A stretch of DNA of 63,417 bases, filler included, from Basidioascus undulatus (GCA_000826855.1; 10 parts of 10 records of this genome joined end to end with filler, not necessarily neighbours in it), one strand, 5' to 3'. Positions 26,344 through 40,228 are shown, counted from the first letter of the whole stretch. The notes: generated by a model not told the origin, from the letters alone. Translations and numbers: made by a program.

Positions 26344-27049
26344 TTTGGGAAGGTGCTGGGCGTGATGGTGGCGGGTAAGGAAGAAAGGAAGCGAGTCGGT
26401 CGAGGAGAGAAGGCACGGCTGAGCAGCTTGAGGTACGGGCCGGCACGGAGCGGGTCTGTTGCGCAACAACGAGGTCGGGCGCAGCTGATAGTCGAGTTAG
26501 CTGCCAGCCCAGTCGAAGCTTACCGGGATTCGGCGCCGCGTTTCCGCTAAAGTTGGGCGTTGGAGTGTAGATTTAGTACCTTCAAAGGGGAAAGTGAGGA
26601 ATTTGGGATTCCGAAGAACTGCGTAGGCACCAGGTCTGACCAACTACGTCGTCCAGCCTTCTTGAACCACAAAGAGCACTTTCATATTCAGCTGCGGAAG
26701 CGAAGCGGATGGCACAGCAGCTGGAGAACGGCAATGAAACAAGCTTTTATCGGTGGTAGTGGGTTCAAGATCTTGACCACATTCCCTTGGCCGGACAGAG
26801 CGGTTTCTGTACCCGGTCTTGGCAGCCGTCAGTGACGGTACTCAGTTTCTGAGCGCGTCTGTCAGTAGTCTGGACATATACGGAACGTTGACTGGCGTTA
26901 ATGTTGATATAGAGGTCCACCAAGTAATACGAAAGTGTCATGGAGATCAAAACTTGATACAAACTCAATGGCGGAGGCAACCCCAAAGGTACAGAGCGAT
27001 ACGGGAGAAGGGGAGAGAATGGGCAGGAAGTTGAGATGGTGCATTCAGG

Positions 27050-30000
27050 CTAGTAGATGTACCGGAAGTTGACCTGCGTCAAATTTGTATGATAATTAGA
27101 GGCATCCTGTCCATGCCTTGATACATGAGACTCACATTCTGCTTGTCCGTCAGATCCGCGAAAGCCGTCGCGTCCTGGTCGTGCCTTTCTACGACCTCGC
27201 CTCTTTCCTCGCGCTCCCGCAGCTCCTGCGCGACCTGCTCCTTCTTCTTGTTTGCCCGGGCGTACAGGAAGCGGAGGAGCAGGGCGGTCGCGATCTCGAG
27301 GCAGTTGCAGACGAGGATGGCGCCGATCCCGAGCGGGTACTTCGGCGCTTGCTCAGACTTGAAGAAGCTGGGTGGGGTGGGGAAGAGGGGGTTAGAGAAT
27401 GATATACCGGGGTGTGGGAGGGAAGGGGAAAAGCTACAATGGTCCGATCGTGTTCCCGATGCAGAAGCCGAGGAAGCTCATCGCTACTACGATCATCTTT
27501 TTGGTGTGACCTGCAACGCATGGAGGGAATGGTGTGAGAGACTGGGAGTTTGGAGATGAACAGCATTCTTTGCTCACCTGCCACTGAGGATGTGATCATG
27601 CTGCACTCGGGATCAGCATTCATGTCCAAGAGCTAGACGTACAGCTGTGAGGGATAGTACCTAAGCATCAGAACATAGGGTGCTTGGAAGGAGCCAGTTA
27701 AGTCTGTCAAATACGTATGATTAGTCTGAACTCTTCAATCCTGAAAACAGCTGGAAGAGCTAGGGGTCTTACAGAAGCAGAACAGCCGACCGACATGACT
27801 GTCCTGCGGTGCGAGCAGGAAGCCGAGCACGCCCGAGACGGAGGGCAGCATGTATGCAGCAATGACGAGGGTTCTGTCGAGCACCTATCAGCAATCCACC
27901 TCTCTCAAAACCGCTTGCGAGGATGAGACGCTGCGCACCTAGAGTTCGACGGCATGCGATCGTTGATGAGGATCGCGGAACTGATCCAGACGACCACCTG
28001 CGCTTCAACAGTGAGCATACTAAAGTTCTGCTTTACAGCAGGGCTTATGGCTTACCAGAGCCCCGTAGGGCACTTGGAGGAGCGTGGTGTGGAGCCGATT
28101 GAAGCCGAGGCCTTGGATACTGGGAGTGGAAGGGTCAGTGAGCAATTTTGGGATGGGCGACGAGGGAAGGGACGGAGTACATCAAGGTGCCGAAGTTGGA
28201 GATGCCGCCGTTCGGTGCTTAAGTGGAAGATAATTAAGTGAGAAATCCGTTCGTCGGGCAGGGAAAGTTGGCTCACCGTTGGAGAAGATGGCGAACCAGA
28301 AGTAGCACCACGCCTTGCAGAACGACACAGCGCATCATAAGCGTGAACCCAGAAAATATCTTCTCGTCAAAGGTTACCTTGACATCCGTGACTGTGTTGC
28401 CAGACCCAAACAGGGTCACTAACTCTCAGGATGAAGATTAACGTAACAGAAACGTACTGGCTTCCCAGAACTGGTCCCACTTCCAGTGCTTGTTTCTGCA
28501 TGGTCCTACAAAGTGAGAACACGGTTGTGCCGCTCGTGATCAACAAGTAAGCTCACTCGATGCCCGTCTGGTTGTCACGCAACCGTGCGATAGCGATGAG
28601 CGTCTCTTCCTTGGTCAGCCAGCGGGTCGTGGCCGGGCTGTTCGGGACCGAGATGGCGGAGGTGAGTGGTCCCGCTCACGCTCACAGCGCGAAGCGGCTT
28701 ACTTGTCGGGCAATAGAATCATTATCACGATTCCCCAGACGAAGCATGCGGCACCTGGAGAGCAGGGTAGAATGAGCGCGAGTCTTTCATGGTCAACTGG
28801 GAGTTGCTACGCACCGACGATTAGGAACTCGTAGCTTGCGGTTTAAGGCAATTCAGGAGTGTATGTGACCAAGCCATAGGGTGTGTCGCTCACCGCCAGG
28901 AAGGTAGGCCGCCACGGATGTTTCCGATACCATACTGCGGTCGACGCTCAGATTCAGCCTGACTGTGGCCTCGCAGCCTCAGAGACGACCTACACCGAGC
29001 AAACCGCCGACGCTGTATCCAATTCCGTTCGCCAAATACCAAATGCCTGATAAAGAGGAAAATTAGTACAAGTCGGACTCTAAAGTCCATTGAGACGCCT
29101 ACCTATCCGCAGAGGCTGCTCGCGACGTGTATAAAACACTGGGATACCAAAGTCAGCGAGAGCGGAGGCCATAAGGATGCCGGGTCACTTGCTGGAAGTG
29201 ATAATCATGAATCTAAACCGGCAGATATGGTCAGAGTTTTTGATCGGCGTCAAATGGATCAAGCGAAACTGACGCAGGATCGGCTGCAGCCTCAACAGCA
29301 CCACTGAGGCATCGTACGACGACCAGGGGCGCAAAAGCGTTGCAGGCCGCTTGGCACATCAGCAAGACGCCCCACATCTGAGGGGTTCGGAATGTGCAGG
29401 ACTTAATCAGAAAATTCCGATGCGGACCCAAAGAGGTGATGAACGCACGGAGATCATAACACCGAGAAATTTGGCGACGGGCAGTTTTTGCAAGAGGAGG
29501 TTGTTGGGCACAGCCCAGACCAGCCACCCGAGGTAGAAACAGGACGAGAGCCAGCTGTACATGGTCCCGTGGAGGTTGAGGTCTTCTTTCATCCCGAATA
29601 TAGCTGCGTAGCTGTAACGAGTTTGGGATCAACACTACTTTCAGCCGAGCGGGTGCGACAAAACGGGGTTACCTCAATGTCGTTTTGTCGATATAGTAGA
29701 ATGCTGGTCCAGAGATGGGGTCAGAGTCAGGAAGATTGTTGGGAGACCAGTCTAACCATAGCAAACTGAGAGCCTGCATTATCGGGCGGCAGTGGTCAGT
29801 GTGAGCAGCCATTGCTGCAGTCCACGAAGAATCAAACCACTACCCACGCTGATTATCCCCCCAGTACCACAACCGGTTGCGGAATTAGGGCAATCTTCTC
29901 ATCAAGATTGTATCGAGGGTGATTCGACTCACCAGGAAGGATGAGCCAGTCAATCTTGCGAATGACCTTCTTCTCCTCTGTGGGATCGATGCCCTCCGTG

Positions 30001-30191
30001 CCCTCGCCGTATCGCTCTTGGACCTCCCGGTAGATGGCGGGATCGATGTCCTTGCTGATGAGGCGCTTCCACCAGGGCATGGGCCTCGGCGGCGCGACCT
30101 TGTAGTACTCATTATGCGTCGCCTCGACCTTCTCAGCATCGCTGCTAGCGCGAGATATGAGTGGTGGCGGCCCTTTGCTGTCCGTAGCCAT
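27050..30191 (-). CDS. MFS anion:cation symporter, allantoate permease (Dal5) family; very intron-rich
   Basis: KVIRKIDWLILP...FYYIDKTTLSYAAIFGMKEDLNLHGTMYSWLSSCFYLGWLVWAVPNNLLLQKLPVAKFLG; RCLSGAVEAAADP; FYTRREQPLRIG; C-terminal DLTDKQNVNFRYIY*. Confidence 0.92.
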
Positions 30192-31619
30192 TGTGAGATG
30201 AAGTTTCGAGGTGAATGAAGGGAGTGATTGGAATATCAAAGTGGCACTGGGGATTTAAAGAGCAACCACTGCGGCTATGGCCAGATGTGCGCGAGATGCT
30301 TGCCCGTACCTCCACAGGCCATGTGGAAGAGAATAGTACGAATCGACGACGGTTACTGACGGCTACACTGTGAGAACATGTGCAAATGCGTGTATGTGGC
30401 AACACACGTGAACACAAAGCCAAGTCATTCGCTGCATAAATAGACGTTAGCTCCAATCCCGGCGTCCCCTTCAACCAAGTTCAACCCTTCTGCAGTGCTT
30501 CCTCGCCGAGGGTGATCTGAGTGGGTGTTGACAGTTGAGGTCGAGGGCGCCGAAATAAAGGTTGGATAATGTCACAATTGGCCTGGAAACAGATTGGAGA
30601 GAAGGCCATTGTTCGCGAATACTGCCACGCAAACGAAGAACAATATGAACGCCTTTTCAGAGGCCGTTATTCTCGAAATAATCGATACAGTTCGCAAACC
30701 GTTCCTGTCCTTTCCTATCTGCCCTTCCCTACCACATCGGCAGGGCAAGGGCAGAGCAAGGACAAGAACAACGTAGGCGCTTGCGTGGAACGACCTTGAG
30801 CTACTCCAGTAACTCCTATGTGTGTCTGTGTAAATGCGTGTGAATATCTTGACGCGTGTGATTTGAACAACAGAGGGACTCTTAGGTATCCCATGAGTCT
30901 TAGCGAGAATTCAAGTCATGCAAAAGACTCGCACCGCCGCTGCCGAGCCAGCTGAGAAGATCGGTTAAAAGGAAGCAGGCTCTTGTTCTCGCAGATGAGG
31001 CTTGGTGGGTTGAGTCGGATCAGAAACACTGGATTCGAGCGATTGGCGAGGGTGAAGAGCGCACTTCCTCCGGCATGCGTATCACCCGGTGTGGACTTGC
31101 CAGGATGCCCGCAAAGAGTCTCCCATCGACGATTGCCAGCCTCGAACAAGGATAGACGATTGGGTCGGTTCAGCAATGAAGTAAGTTACTGCATGTCCGC
31201 GACTACCGTTATTGCTAGGTATGTGTGTGTGTGTTGTGGCCCTGTGCGTGAGCGTGACTGCAGCCCGATCACCAAGTCGGTCTTCACCCTCGGCGCCCCC
31301 CCACCGCCCCTTCCCCGGAGTACATAGTGAAAGATCCGAAGTAACTCTTCAGGCACAGAAACTCGCGGTCGATCTATCTAATAAGCTCGTTGGGCGTGAT
31401 CTTGAGTCTGCAAAATCCGGAATCGCGGGCCGCCAACAATATGCGGCTGTGCGGCCGGTTCAGTTTCCCGGACCGACTGTGAAGTGTGACCTGCATGACA
31501 CAGCGGACCAGGACGTTCGGAATCAGCGGTACAACCATCAAGCAGGAAGGCAGGTTTTCTAAGCTGAGGACTGGGAGTCTTCTGACCGTGCTTGATGCTC
31601 AAACCGGACAGTACACCCG

Positions 31620-31652
31620 GTGTGTGTGTGTGTGTGCGTGTGTGCGTGTGTG
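31620..31652. repeat. (TG)n/(TGCG) microsatellite
   Basis: gtgtgtgtgtgtgtgtgcgtgtgtgcgtgtgtg in the intergenic region between the two transporters. Confidence 0.85.
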
Positions 31653-32271
31653 AATGAGGAGCGAGATTGGAGAGCCACGACCCGGACCTGGATGCCCAGC
31701 GGCTCACCAAGTCCACAGAGAAGCAGTAGAAAGGCTGGCTCTTGAATACAGACATAATAAAAGGAGACGAATGACTTGCGATCCCAATCCCACGAGGATT
31801 GGGACCCTTGGGTTTATCAGTCAACTGTCACAACACAAACAACTCCGCCTTGCAGACGGTCACGCGGGGTCACACGGGCGTGTTTGTTGTCGAGTCTCCA
31901 TTACCCCGAGTCGCCAGATTCATGACGGGACACGTTCCCCGAAGTGCCTTGCGGCTACAAGCGCTTGTGGGATACTGCCGCCCGAACTGCTGACTGGCAT
32001 GAGCCGGTTGTCGAGGCCAGGCTGGCCAGTCGAACGTCGCCCTTTCGTCCTCATGGGACATGCTCAGTAGTAGGATAACGACTCAGTAGTATTTCGCCCG
32101 CCACTTTCACACACTCTTCCGTGCCCCTGCGCCTTCACAGCTTGGTTAATCACCTGATCGGAGTCATTGTACCTGATCGCTAGGACACGCCCGGGGTTAC
32201 AACCCACACCTTTGATACCGATCTGTGGTTCTCTCTTCACTTCTCCTTCCCCCTTTACCGATCATACGACC

Positions 32272-35183
32272 ATGACCGACAACAAGCAAGAACTCCGTGA
32301 TATTGAGAAGGAAGCTACGGTTCACATCGACAACGTCGAGCCGAATCGCGATGCTGCAGAAGACGGCTCGGACGCTCTTCAACCGGAGTTCGACCCCAAT
32401 GTAAGCTCTGCAGTTGATTTCTTCCCCGGATCCCCCCCTAGGTCTGATCGGCTTGACCCTCAGACTACGAAGCGCATCTTGCGCAAGCAAGACTGGCGCC
32501 TCATCCCCATGGCTGCTATCATTTACTTGATCGCGCATTTAGATCGTGGCAACATCGGCAAGTCCCCTACTTGACTGTTTCAAGATGGATTATGGAGAAG
32601 GAGTGCTCAGCTTCCCCCTACTTCAGGGAATGCCCGTATCATGAACTCGGAGCAGGGCGATTCTCTCACACAGCATCTTCACCTGTCGCCGGGGAGGTTC
32701 AAGCTGGCGCTGCTTACATTTTTCATTGCCTACGTTGTGAGTCTGGAAAATGAGCGCGGTTCTATACTTGAATTGACTCTGTTTTTTCGCTCCAGGTTTT
32801 CGAACGTATGTTTGTGTCCGAATGGTGAGACTTTCTTCACCTAACCATATTGCAATTCCAGCCGGCATGGTGTACCTCATCAAACGTCTCCGCCCGAACA
32901 TCATGATTGGAATCTTGGTGTAAGTAAATTTACTATTCATTTGTACTTTAATGGAATTCTGAGCAGTAGTGTCGGATGGATTTGAAAGTATCGGCTGGGG
33001 CTCAATTACCATGTTGACGGCTGTGGTGAAAGACTTCGGCGGGTTGGCTGCTGCTCGATTCTTTGTGAGTATACTGAGATACTACAACGTACTTTTTTAT
33101 TTGACGACTGACCTATATCCGTAAAAAAGGTGGGCATGTTTGAAGCAGGACTTTGTGGGTGATATCCGCCTCTCAGTCGAATACGCTTCTGCTCATTTCT
33201 AACCGACGCCTCATTGTGCATCAGACCCGTGAGTATAGCTCAACCTCTTCCTTAACTTTATGTTCACTACTCTAACCGCTCCTTCAGTGGTCTTGTCTGT
33301 AAGCAGCTGCACGTTACGCCATTTGCTTATCGCGACTGGCTGACGGTACCTTTTGACTCCAGTTTTGCTCACGTTCTGGTACCGTATGCGTACATGTTAC
33401 ATTGTGGTACAGTTTCAGGCGCTTACTGGAAGGGCGCATAGGTCCCGAGGAACGCTCCATCCGCACTGCGATCATCTTGGCTTCGAGCACCCTAGCGTAC
33501 GCTTGTCATGTGTTGTCGCGTAGGACTCCGTTTCAGAAAGCCGATGCTCACATTTGCAATTTCACAGAGGTGCATTTGGTGGAGCACTTGCTTACGGGAT
33601 TAGCCATATAGTGAGTTTAGCATGAACTTACAACATTGGAGCTGACTCGAGGCTCGCTTCCAGAATGGCCGCGCCGGGATCCGTGAGCCAACTCTCACTA
33701 GAATGCTCAGACTCTCAGGTACTGAATCTTGGTGTGTAGAGGGATACCGGTGGTTGTTTTTGATCGAAGGCGCGCCATCGGTTGCCGTTGGTATCGCAAC
33801 CGTCTTCCTGGTGAGTGGGACCTGGCCTCCTGTCGACCTTGTCGAGTTTTTGTTGATTGAAGCCCGAGTCCCCGTATAGTATCCGTCCTTTCCCGAGCGT
33901 TCAAGCTTTTTGTCCGCTTCCGAGAAGTCCATCGTGGCCCAGCGCATGAAAGACGTCGGGAGCTCCGGCCGCGATAGGATCGTGGCACGGGAATACTTTG
34001 CGGTTCTTGCAAACTGGCGCATGTGCGTTACGCTTACTGTTTCGATGCATGGACTGAGTCTGAAAACACTGGAGAGGAATGTGATTCAGATACGCGCACT
34101 CGCTCATCGTTGTAGGAAATTCGTGTGTCTTCAACAGCATCTCGCTGTTTGCGCCCAGTGCGTTTCAGTCGTGTCATCTTCCCATCCCGATGACACAGTC
34201 TCATTTGCTACCCCTTCCTTATCCATTCCTATTCCGAAGCTATCATCAAGGGCCTAGGGTGTGTTTCTTACTTCTCTTGTGCTCTGGGTTGTCCTTCTCA
34301 TGGTGCTTTTCTGCCCTGCAGCTACACCTCGCTTCGGGCACAGCTTCTTTCGGGTACGTTTCTCTCACTTTCCCGGGGAATAGACACTGATGATCTCGCA
34401 GTTCCTCCATATGCTGTTGCATATGGCGTGACACTTCTTGTGGCATGGAGTGGCGACCGCACAAACTCCCGCGGCATACACTGCGCTGTGTGCATGGTGC
34501 TGTGCTCGTAAGGCTCTGCTTACTTCTCCAAATAATCACCAACTAACGCTATCTTGTATTCTAGGGTCTGCTTCTGGGTCATGGGCGCCATCGAGCCGAC
34601 GGCGTATGCGGCCCGGTACGCGCTGCTTATCATCGCAACCGCAACAGGGTTCCCAGCAGTCCCCGTACTTTCGACATGTCAGTGCATCTGTCGGGCTTGT
34701 GGAACAGGAAAGAGGTCTCGCTAATCCGAACGCCGGACAGTCCTTTCGGCAAACCTGCATACCACCACTGAGGCAGCCGTTGGCCTGCCTGTTAGCTTCG
34801 GCATAGGGTATTCAGGTGTGTTAAGCAGATGTGTCTTGATGTGGCCCAAGACTGAAACGAGAGTTTCCCAGGGATGATCATTGGGGTACCTCATCGGCAC
34901 AGTAATACATGCACTATCTTGAGCTGTTGTCTGACATGTTCTTGCCTTCCAGCTTTTCATCTACAACGACTCCGAGGCACCGGGATACAAGTCGGGACAT
35001 TTCATCAACGCCGTGCGTCTTTTTCCTCACATTCACCCAGGAAGAGTTACAGTTGACCCTTGTTCCGCATAGGGTATGAGCATTCTGTCTGCCAGCGCTG
35101 CCCTCGGCCTCGTGGCATTCTACTCGATTCAGAATAGACGCATCAAGCGTTCGAGGACAGACGAGCGGTTGTGGGCCCTCTGA
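32272..35183 (+). CDS. MFS anion:cation symporter, Tna1-like (nicotinate/pantothenate-type); very intron-rich
   Basis: RILRKQDWRLIPMAAIIYLIAHLDRGNIGNARI; GMFEAGLYPGLVFLLTFWYRPEERSIR; LAGAFGGALAYGI; GYRWLFLIEGAPS; IIKGLGYTSLRAQLL.VPPYAVA; TGA at 35181-35183. Confidence 0.92.
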
Positions 35184-35751
35184 GTTTCAATTGTCGTACT
35201 GTAAAGGTGTTTGACGCATCCGCCCATGGGATATGCGGCCGATGGAGACTACCGTATTCTGATGCGTGACGTGTGCCATGAGCGTGCCGAAACCCGGGAC
35301 CGCTTCAAGACCTGCAAGTGCCACCACACTTACTGACTGCTTTCATACACGAATCTGTTAAGTCAGGCTGTAAGCAACGTCATATGAACAAGCATATCCG
35401 ACGAGTCGATGAGCGTGAGCCGCATGCATAATGACTTCCTCACGCACCAAGAGTAACCGCAGCTGCAAGGCAAGCAAAGTTGTACACATATAGTGGTAAG
35501 CATGTGTGGTCAGTAGGTATAGAATGTATCGATCTAGTTGGATTTGCGGGACTGCGAGCAGGGCATGAGCGAACGAAACGAGTTGCGAGGTGGAATGCGT
35601 AACAATGGAAATGTGGAGGAGAGCCACGAAACATGAGAATGTGGGAAACTAATAAAGTGCTGTTCCAACTATAAAGTAGGGGAAAAGAGCAGGGCATAGA
35701 TGTCTAGGGGTGGGTGAAAAGTGTCCGAGGGGGGAAAAGATGGACTAGAGT

Positions 35752-38700
35752 TCAGAAGCTGAAGATCGCCGCGCGACGGCGTCTGGCGCCGCCGAGAGGG
35801 TGAACGACGACGGCAGCGAAAAAGAGCCTGGAAGCGTTGAAAATGGGTTAGACCGCAAGCTGGGGACAATTTGGAAACAATTCGGAACACATACCCGACA
35901 GTCAAGCTACGGAGCACAACGAGACGAGAGTGGTCAGCCTTGACGCGCGACCGTGGGAGGACAGTCGAGGAAGCACGTACCCAATGGCAACTTGAATCAA
36001 GGATTGACCGACGCTCAAACCGTTGGAGAAGCTGATGTTTGAGCCGTCTTTGGTTGTTGTCGATTTTTCGGCCCTCTGCGCAAAGTGGAGGAGACCACCG
36101 CTGTCACACGAGCCAAGTCGTGAACATAAGCCTGCCCAGGTCAAACAGTTTGGTTAAGCGAATCCGGCTTACTTGGAAAGACCAGTCGGAAGCTGGAACA
36201 ACGCGGCCGGCAACATCATCGTGAATGCGGCGCCGTGACTGAACTTGCCCCACAGGTTGCCCAGAATGCCGACGGCCTGCACGACGGGGCCGCACGACGA
36301 TAAGCCACGTCAGAAGCCCACGACGCACGCGCTTCTCATACTCACAAAGCTTCCGACAGCCGAAGTGAGGTCGGAGCGGCTCTGGAATCGCTTGCCGGCG
36401 CTGCAAGGCAAGTGGAACGGTCAGTTGAGCCGGGCGGCAGGGCTCGTTGCTGGCTGCTTGGCTCACTAGAAGTTCACGACCCAGCCGGTGATGGCTGTCA
36501 GAACCTGCAGTGGCAGCTCGCGCGAGCGCAGAGAAACGTTCTGTCGCAGCGTGATGAAGAAGGCGTCTGCGACCACAGATTGTCAGTCTCCGCACAGGAC
36601 GAGTCAGAATGAGAGACGTACAGGCTGGCACAAAGAGGATGTACTGTGCAGTGGTGAACCCGTTTCAGCAAATGTTGCGCAGGCTATGAGCTGAAGATTG
36701 GACTTACCCAAATCTCGCCTGGTGTGCGCTGGTACACCGTGTCGTTGTGCCGAGACGCGCATGTAAAGCTGTAACCCGGCCAATGCCAACATCAGCTTGG
36801 CGCTCTGTCGCGACAGGACAGCGCAGAGGTGGGCACTCACTCGAGATCGATTGGTAGGCCCGTCAAGAGATACCACAGTTCGGCGCCGATGCTGATTCCG
36901 AAGCCCTGTGGAGACCTGTCAATAGGATTCCAACGGACATACTAAGTGGGCGGAAGACACACAAGGAAGAGCGAGTAGATAATGGCTGGAAGTCAAAGCT
37001 CGTCAGCAACTTTGCTATCAAGCTGGCTGAAGATATGAGCGCGGTGACATACCGTAGAACATGCGCACGCTGCCTGATACGATATTTCGCGCAGACAACT
37101 CGAGCGACCCGCAGAGCACGATATAACCCTTTACGTCACTTTGGATGTCAGTCCTCGACAGCAAGCCTCCGACGCTCATGACTACTGACCGGAAGAATCA
37201 GCACCACCGAGCCCGCGATGACCGCCGAGTAGCACACATTATGCGCCTGCGACAGCGCCGCGGCGATGAACGAGTTGAGGGCAGCGATCGCGATTCTGCA
37301 GCCGCGTCCGACGTACTTACAATCAGTAACGGGTCGAATTGAAAAGAAGGTTAGTAGCAAAGTAAAGCACGCACTCGAAGACCTGTCCGAACAGATCGTT
37401 GCGCGCGGAGAGGAGCTGGATGCCGCACAGCAGCATGCCCAGCGGGAACGCGAGCAGCGAGTCGATCATGCTGCCTTTGAACGTTAGAGGCTGCGCACCA
37501 CAACGCAAGTATCGTCAGCTATAAGGGCGGGAGGCAATAGGGAGCCAGAGACGAAGATGACGCACAGTGATGAAAGCCGAGCAGCACCCGCCGATCAAGA
37601 TCGTCCACCAGGCGTTGTACAGCTCCTTGCGGAGCATGAGCTCGTCGAGCTCCTTGCTCGCGTCCGAGACGGACATCTCGTCGTGCGTGACCTGTCGTCG
37701 CAAAGAGAACGGGTCAGTCGTCTGCAGCAGACGCGCGCCGGGTGGATCGCGAACGCACCTTCCAGTAGAGGTAGTGCGTCAGGAGCAGCCGGTCGAGGTC
37801 GAGCGTCGCGCCTTGCTTGATGAACCGCGTTTCGCTCGTGTGCGTCGCGGGGTCGCCGAAGGAAATGAGCATCATTCCGGGAAGGTAGATGCACCTGCGA
37901 GGCGACCGGGAACCGGCTGTCAGTAAGCGCTGTATGATCGGCGTTGCAGGTGACGACGACCACGCACTGCATGTTGACTGCGGTGGAGCGCGATGTCAGC
38001 TCTGGAATTAAGGTGCGGAGTGGATATGGTGCTCACCGTCGAGAACCCGCGCCGTCGCGCTCATCTGCGCTTCCAGGCGATGGGAGCTGTCGAAAGAAAA
38101 GATAAGTCGTTACGAAAGAATACGGAGCAGGCGAACTGCGTACGGAGCACCGAACATCAACACTGCGCACAAATGTCAGCATCGAGCACGCTATGAAACA
38201 GCAAAATGCGTACGAGCTCGACAAAGTTTGAGAAGGAACTCCTGCCTGTGCAGCATAGCCGCAACGTGCATGGTGATCTACATCCAACCCCGTCAGCTTG
38301 CGTCTTCCCTTCGTCTCCGCCCCGCGCTCACGCACATAAATCTGTTCCTTCTTCCTCTTCTCCCTCGCCTTCTTCCGTGCCTTCCTTTCCTTCTCCGCCT
38401 CCGCCTTCGCCCAGTCCTTCTCCTTCGTCGAGAAGTACCCGTCCGTCCCCGGGTGATCCTCCGTGTCGCTCGTCCCCAACGAGCTCACATGGCTGCGGCT
38501 GTGCTTGTGCCCCCCACCCAGCGGAGTTTGGACCGCGTGCATAAAGTGCTGCCACCCCGTCTGGCTCTGCTTGAATGAGGGCACGGACTTGCGCTGGCGC
38601 GGCTCGTTGGAAGGCGCGGCGGCGGTGGATGTCGTCGATGTCGTGGGGGAGTGGGAATGTGTGGGAGCGAGGGGAGGGCCGGGGGGACTCCGCCCGCCGC

Positions 38701-40228
38701 CCTGGCCGAAGAAGGTCGAGGAGAGAGGGGAGGTAGGCGCGGAACGGTGCCCGGATTCCAGGCTCTCGCTGCTCCGGTTCGTTTCGTGCCCGGCGAGCGA
38801 GTAGCGGTTGAGGTGGAAGCCTGACCGAAAAGCATGAGCATCGAGAACAGATCAGCAAGGCACGCTGAGACAAAACAGAAGAGGAAGCGGAAGACGCACC
38901 AGAGCGCTTCAAGTCGGGGGCGACAGACGCGTTCTGCGGCGTCGCAGCACCGGCGATGGTGGCACCCGCCCCCACGAGCGCACCGAACACGCCCGCGCCG
39001 TTCCTCGCGCTCTTGGGCCTTTCGGGCGGGCGGAGGTGGAGCGGGTCGGGCAGCTTCGGCTTCTTCTTGTACTGCCTGAACTCGGGCGACGACGGCGAGG
39101 CCGGTGACGGCTGCTGCTCCTTCTCCTGCTGGTCCTGCTGGCGGACGGTCGAGAGCGTCGGGACGGAACCGGGGGACGAGTGCGCGCGGATGGGCGGCGG
39201 GCGGAGGAACTGGAACGACTTGCGCTCCTTGTGGTCCTTGTGCTGCGACTGCGGGACCATCGGCGTCATCGTCCCGTCCGTGTCGCTCGACGCGATGGAG
39301 TGCACGCGCGAGCGCTGGCCGGCCGTCGTGGTCGTCGGCGTGCTGATCCCGGACGAGGACTGCGTGCTCGCATGATGATGGTGATGCATCGCGAGCAGAC
39401 TGCCGAGCACGCCGAGCGCCTGCGGGCGCGAGTGCATGGGCGCAAACGCACGGTGCTCCTCCTCCTCGTCCTCCTCCTCGTTCTTCTCCGGGTCCTTCGC
39501 ATCCGCCGTGGGCCGGCCCGACGCAGTCCGTTTGTGCATGAACTTCTTCATCCCGCTCGTCCCGTGGGAGGCGACGAGCTTCTGCGCGCGCTTGGCGAAG
39601 AAGCCGAGGGAGCTGCGGTCCGAGTGCGGGTCCGCGGGGAGCCCGTCGGTCTCGCCAAAGGGGATGTACGCGTTCGGCTCGGCGGGTGGCGGCGTGGGAG
39701 CGCGCGAGACGTCCGTGGAGGGGAAGGCGGTGGTCGTGTTTGAGGTAGGGGAGGAGCTGGAGCTAGATGGGAGGCTCAAGTTGGAGTCGTTGCGGCGGAG
39801 GGACTGCCGTATCAGGCTCCTACGAAAGAAAGGAAGATGCAGGGGTCAACCAGCGTCATTCTCGAGCTCGGCCTGTGTCGCTGAGACGTACGACTGTAGC
39901 CTCATGAACGCCTCATGGTCCATCCCTAACCATCCATCCACCCTCCAGTAAGTTCACGTTGCCCAAAGCCCAAGTAGAAAAAGATGGAATACGCACCAGC
40001 CTCGTCCAGCGTGCTGGGCGAGATGACCGGCGACGCCTTGGCCGGGAGAGCCGTCCCCTCGCTCCATTGGACCTTCCTCCTGCTCTTCTCCAAGCGGCCA
40101 ATGCTCGCCGGGTCGACAGCGGTGTCGTCCGACGTTCTCTGCTCGTTCTCGTGGAGCGCGTGCGGGCTCGAGTAGCCCGTATCCGGCAGCTCTAAGCGCG
40201 GGGGGAGGGGGGAGCCCTCGGTGCTCAT
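35752..40228 (-). CDS. PRM10: Pheromone-regulated membrane protein 10 / ThrE (DUF1212) family
   Basis: Long disordered N-terminus, then ITMHVAAMLHRQEFLLKLCRALLMFGAP.HRLEAQMSATARVL, YLPGMMLISFGDPATHTSETRFIKQ, LILP-GYIVLCGSLELSARNIVSGSVRMFY, and LIQVAIGLTVGLF...AIFSF*. Confidence 0.9.
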
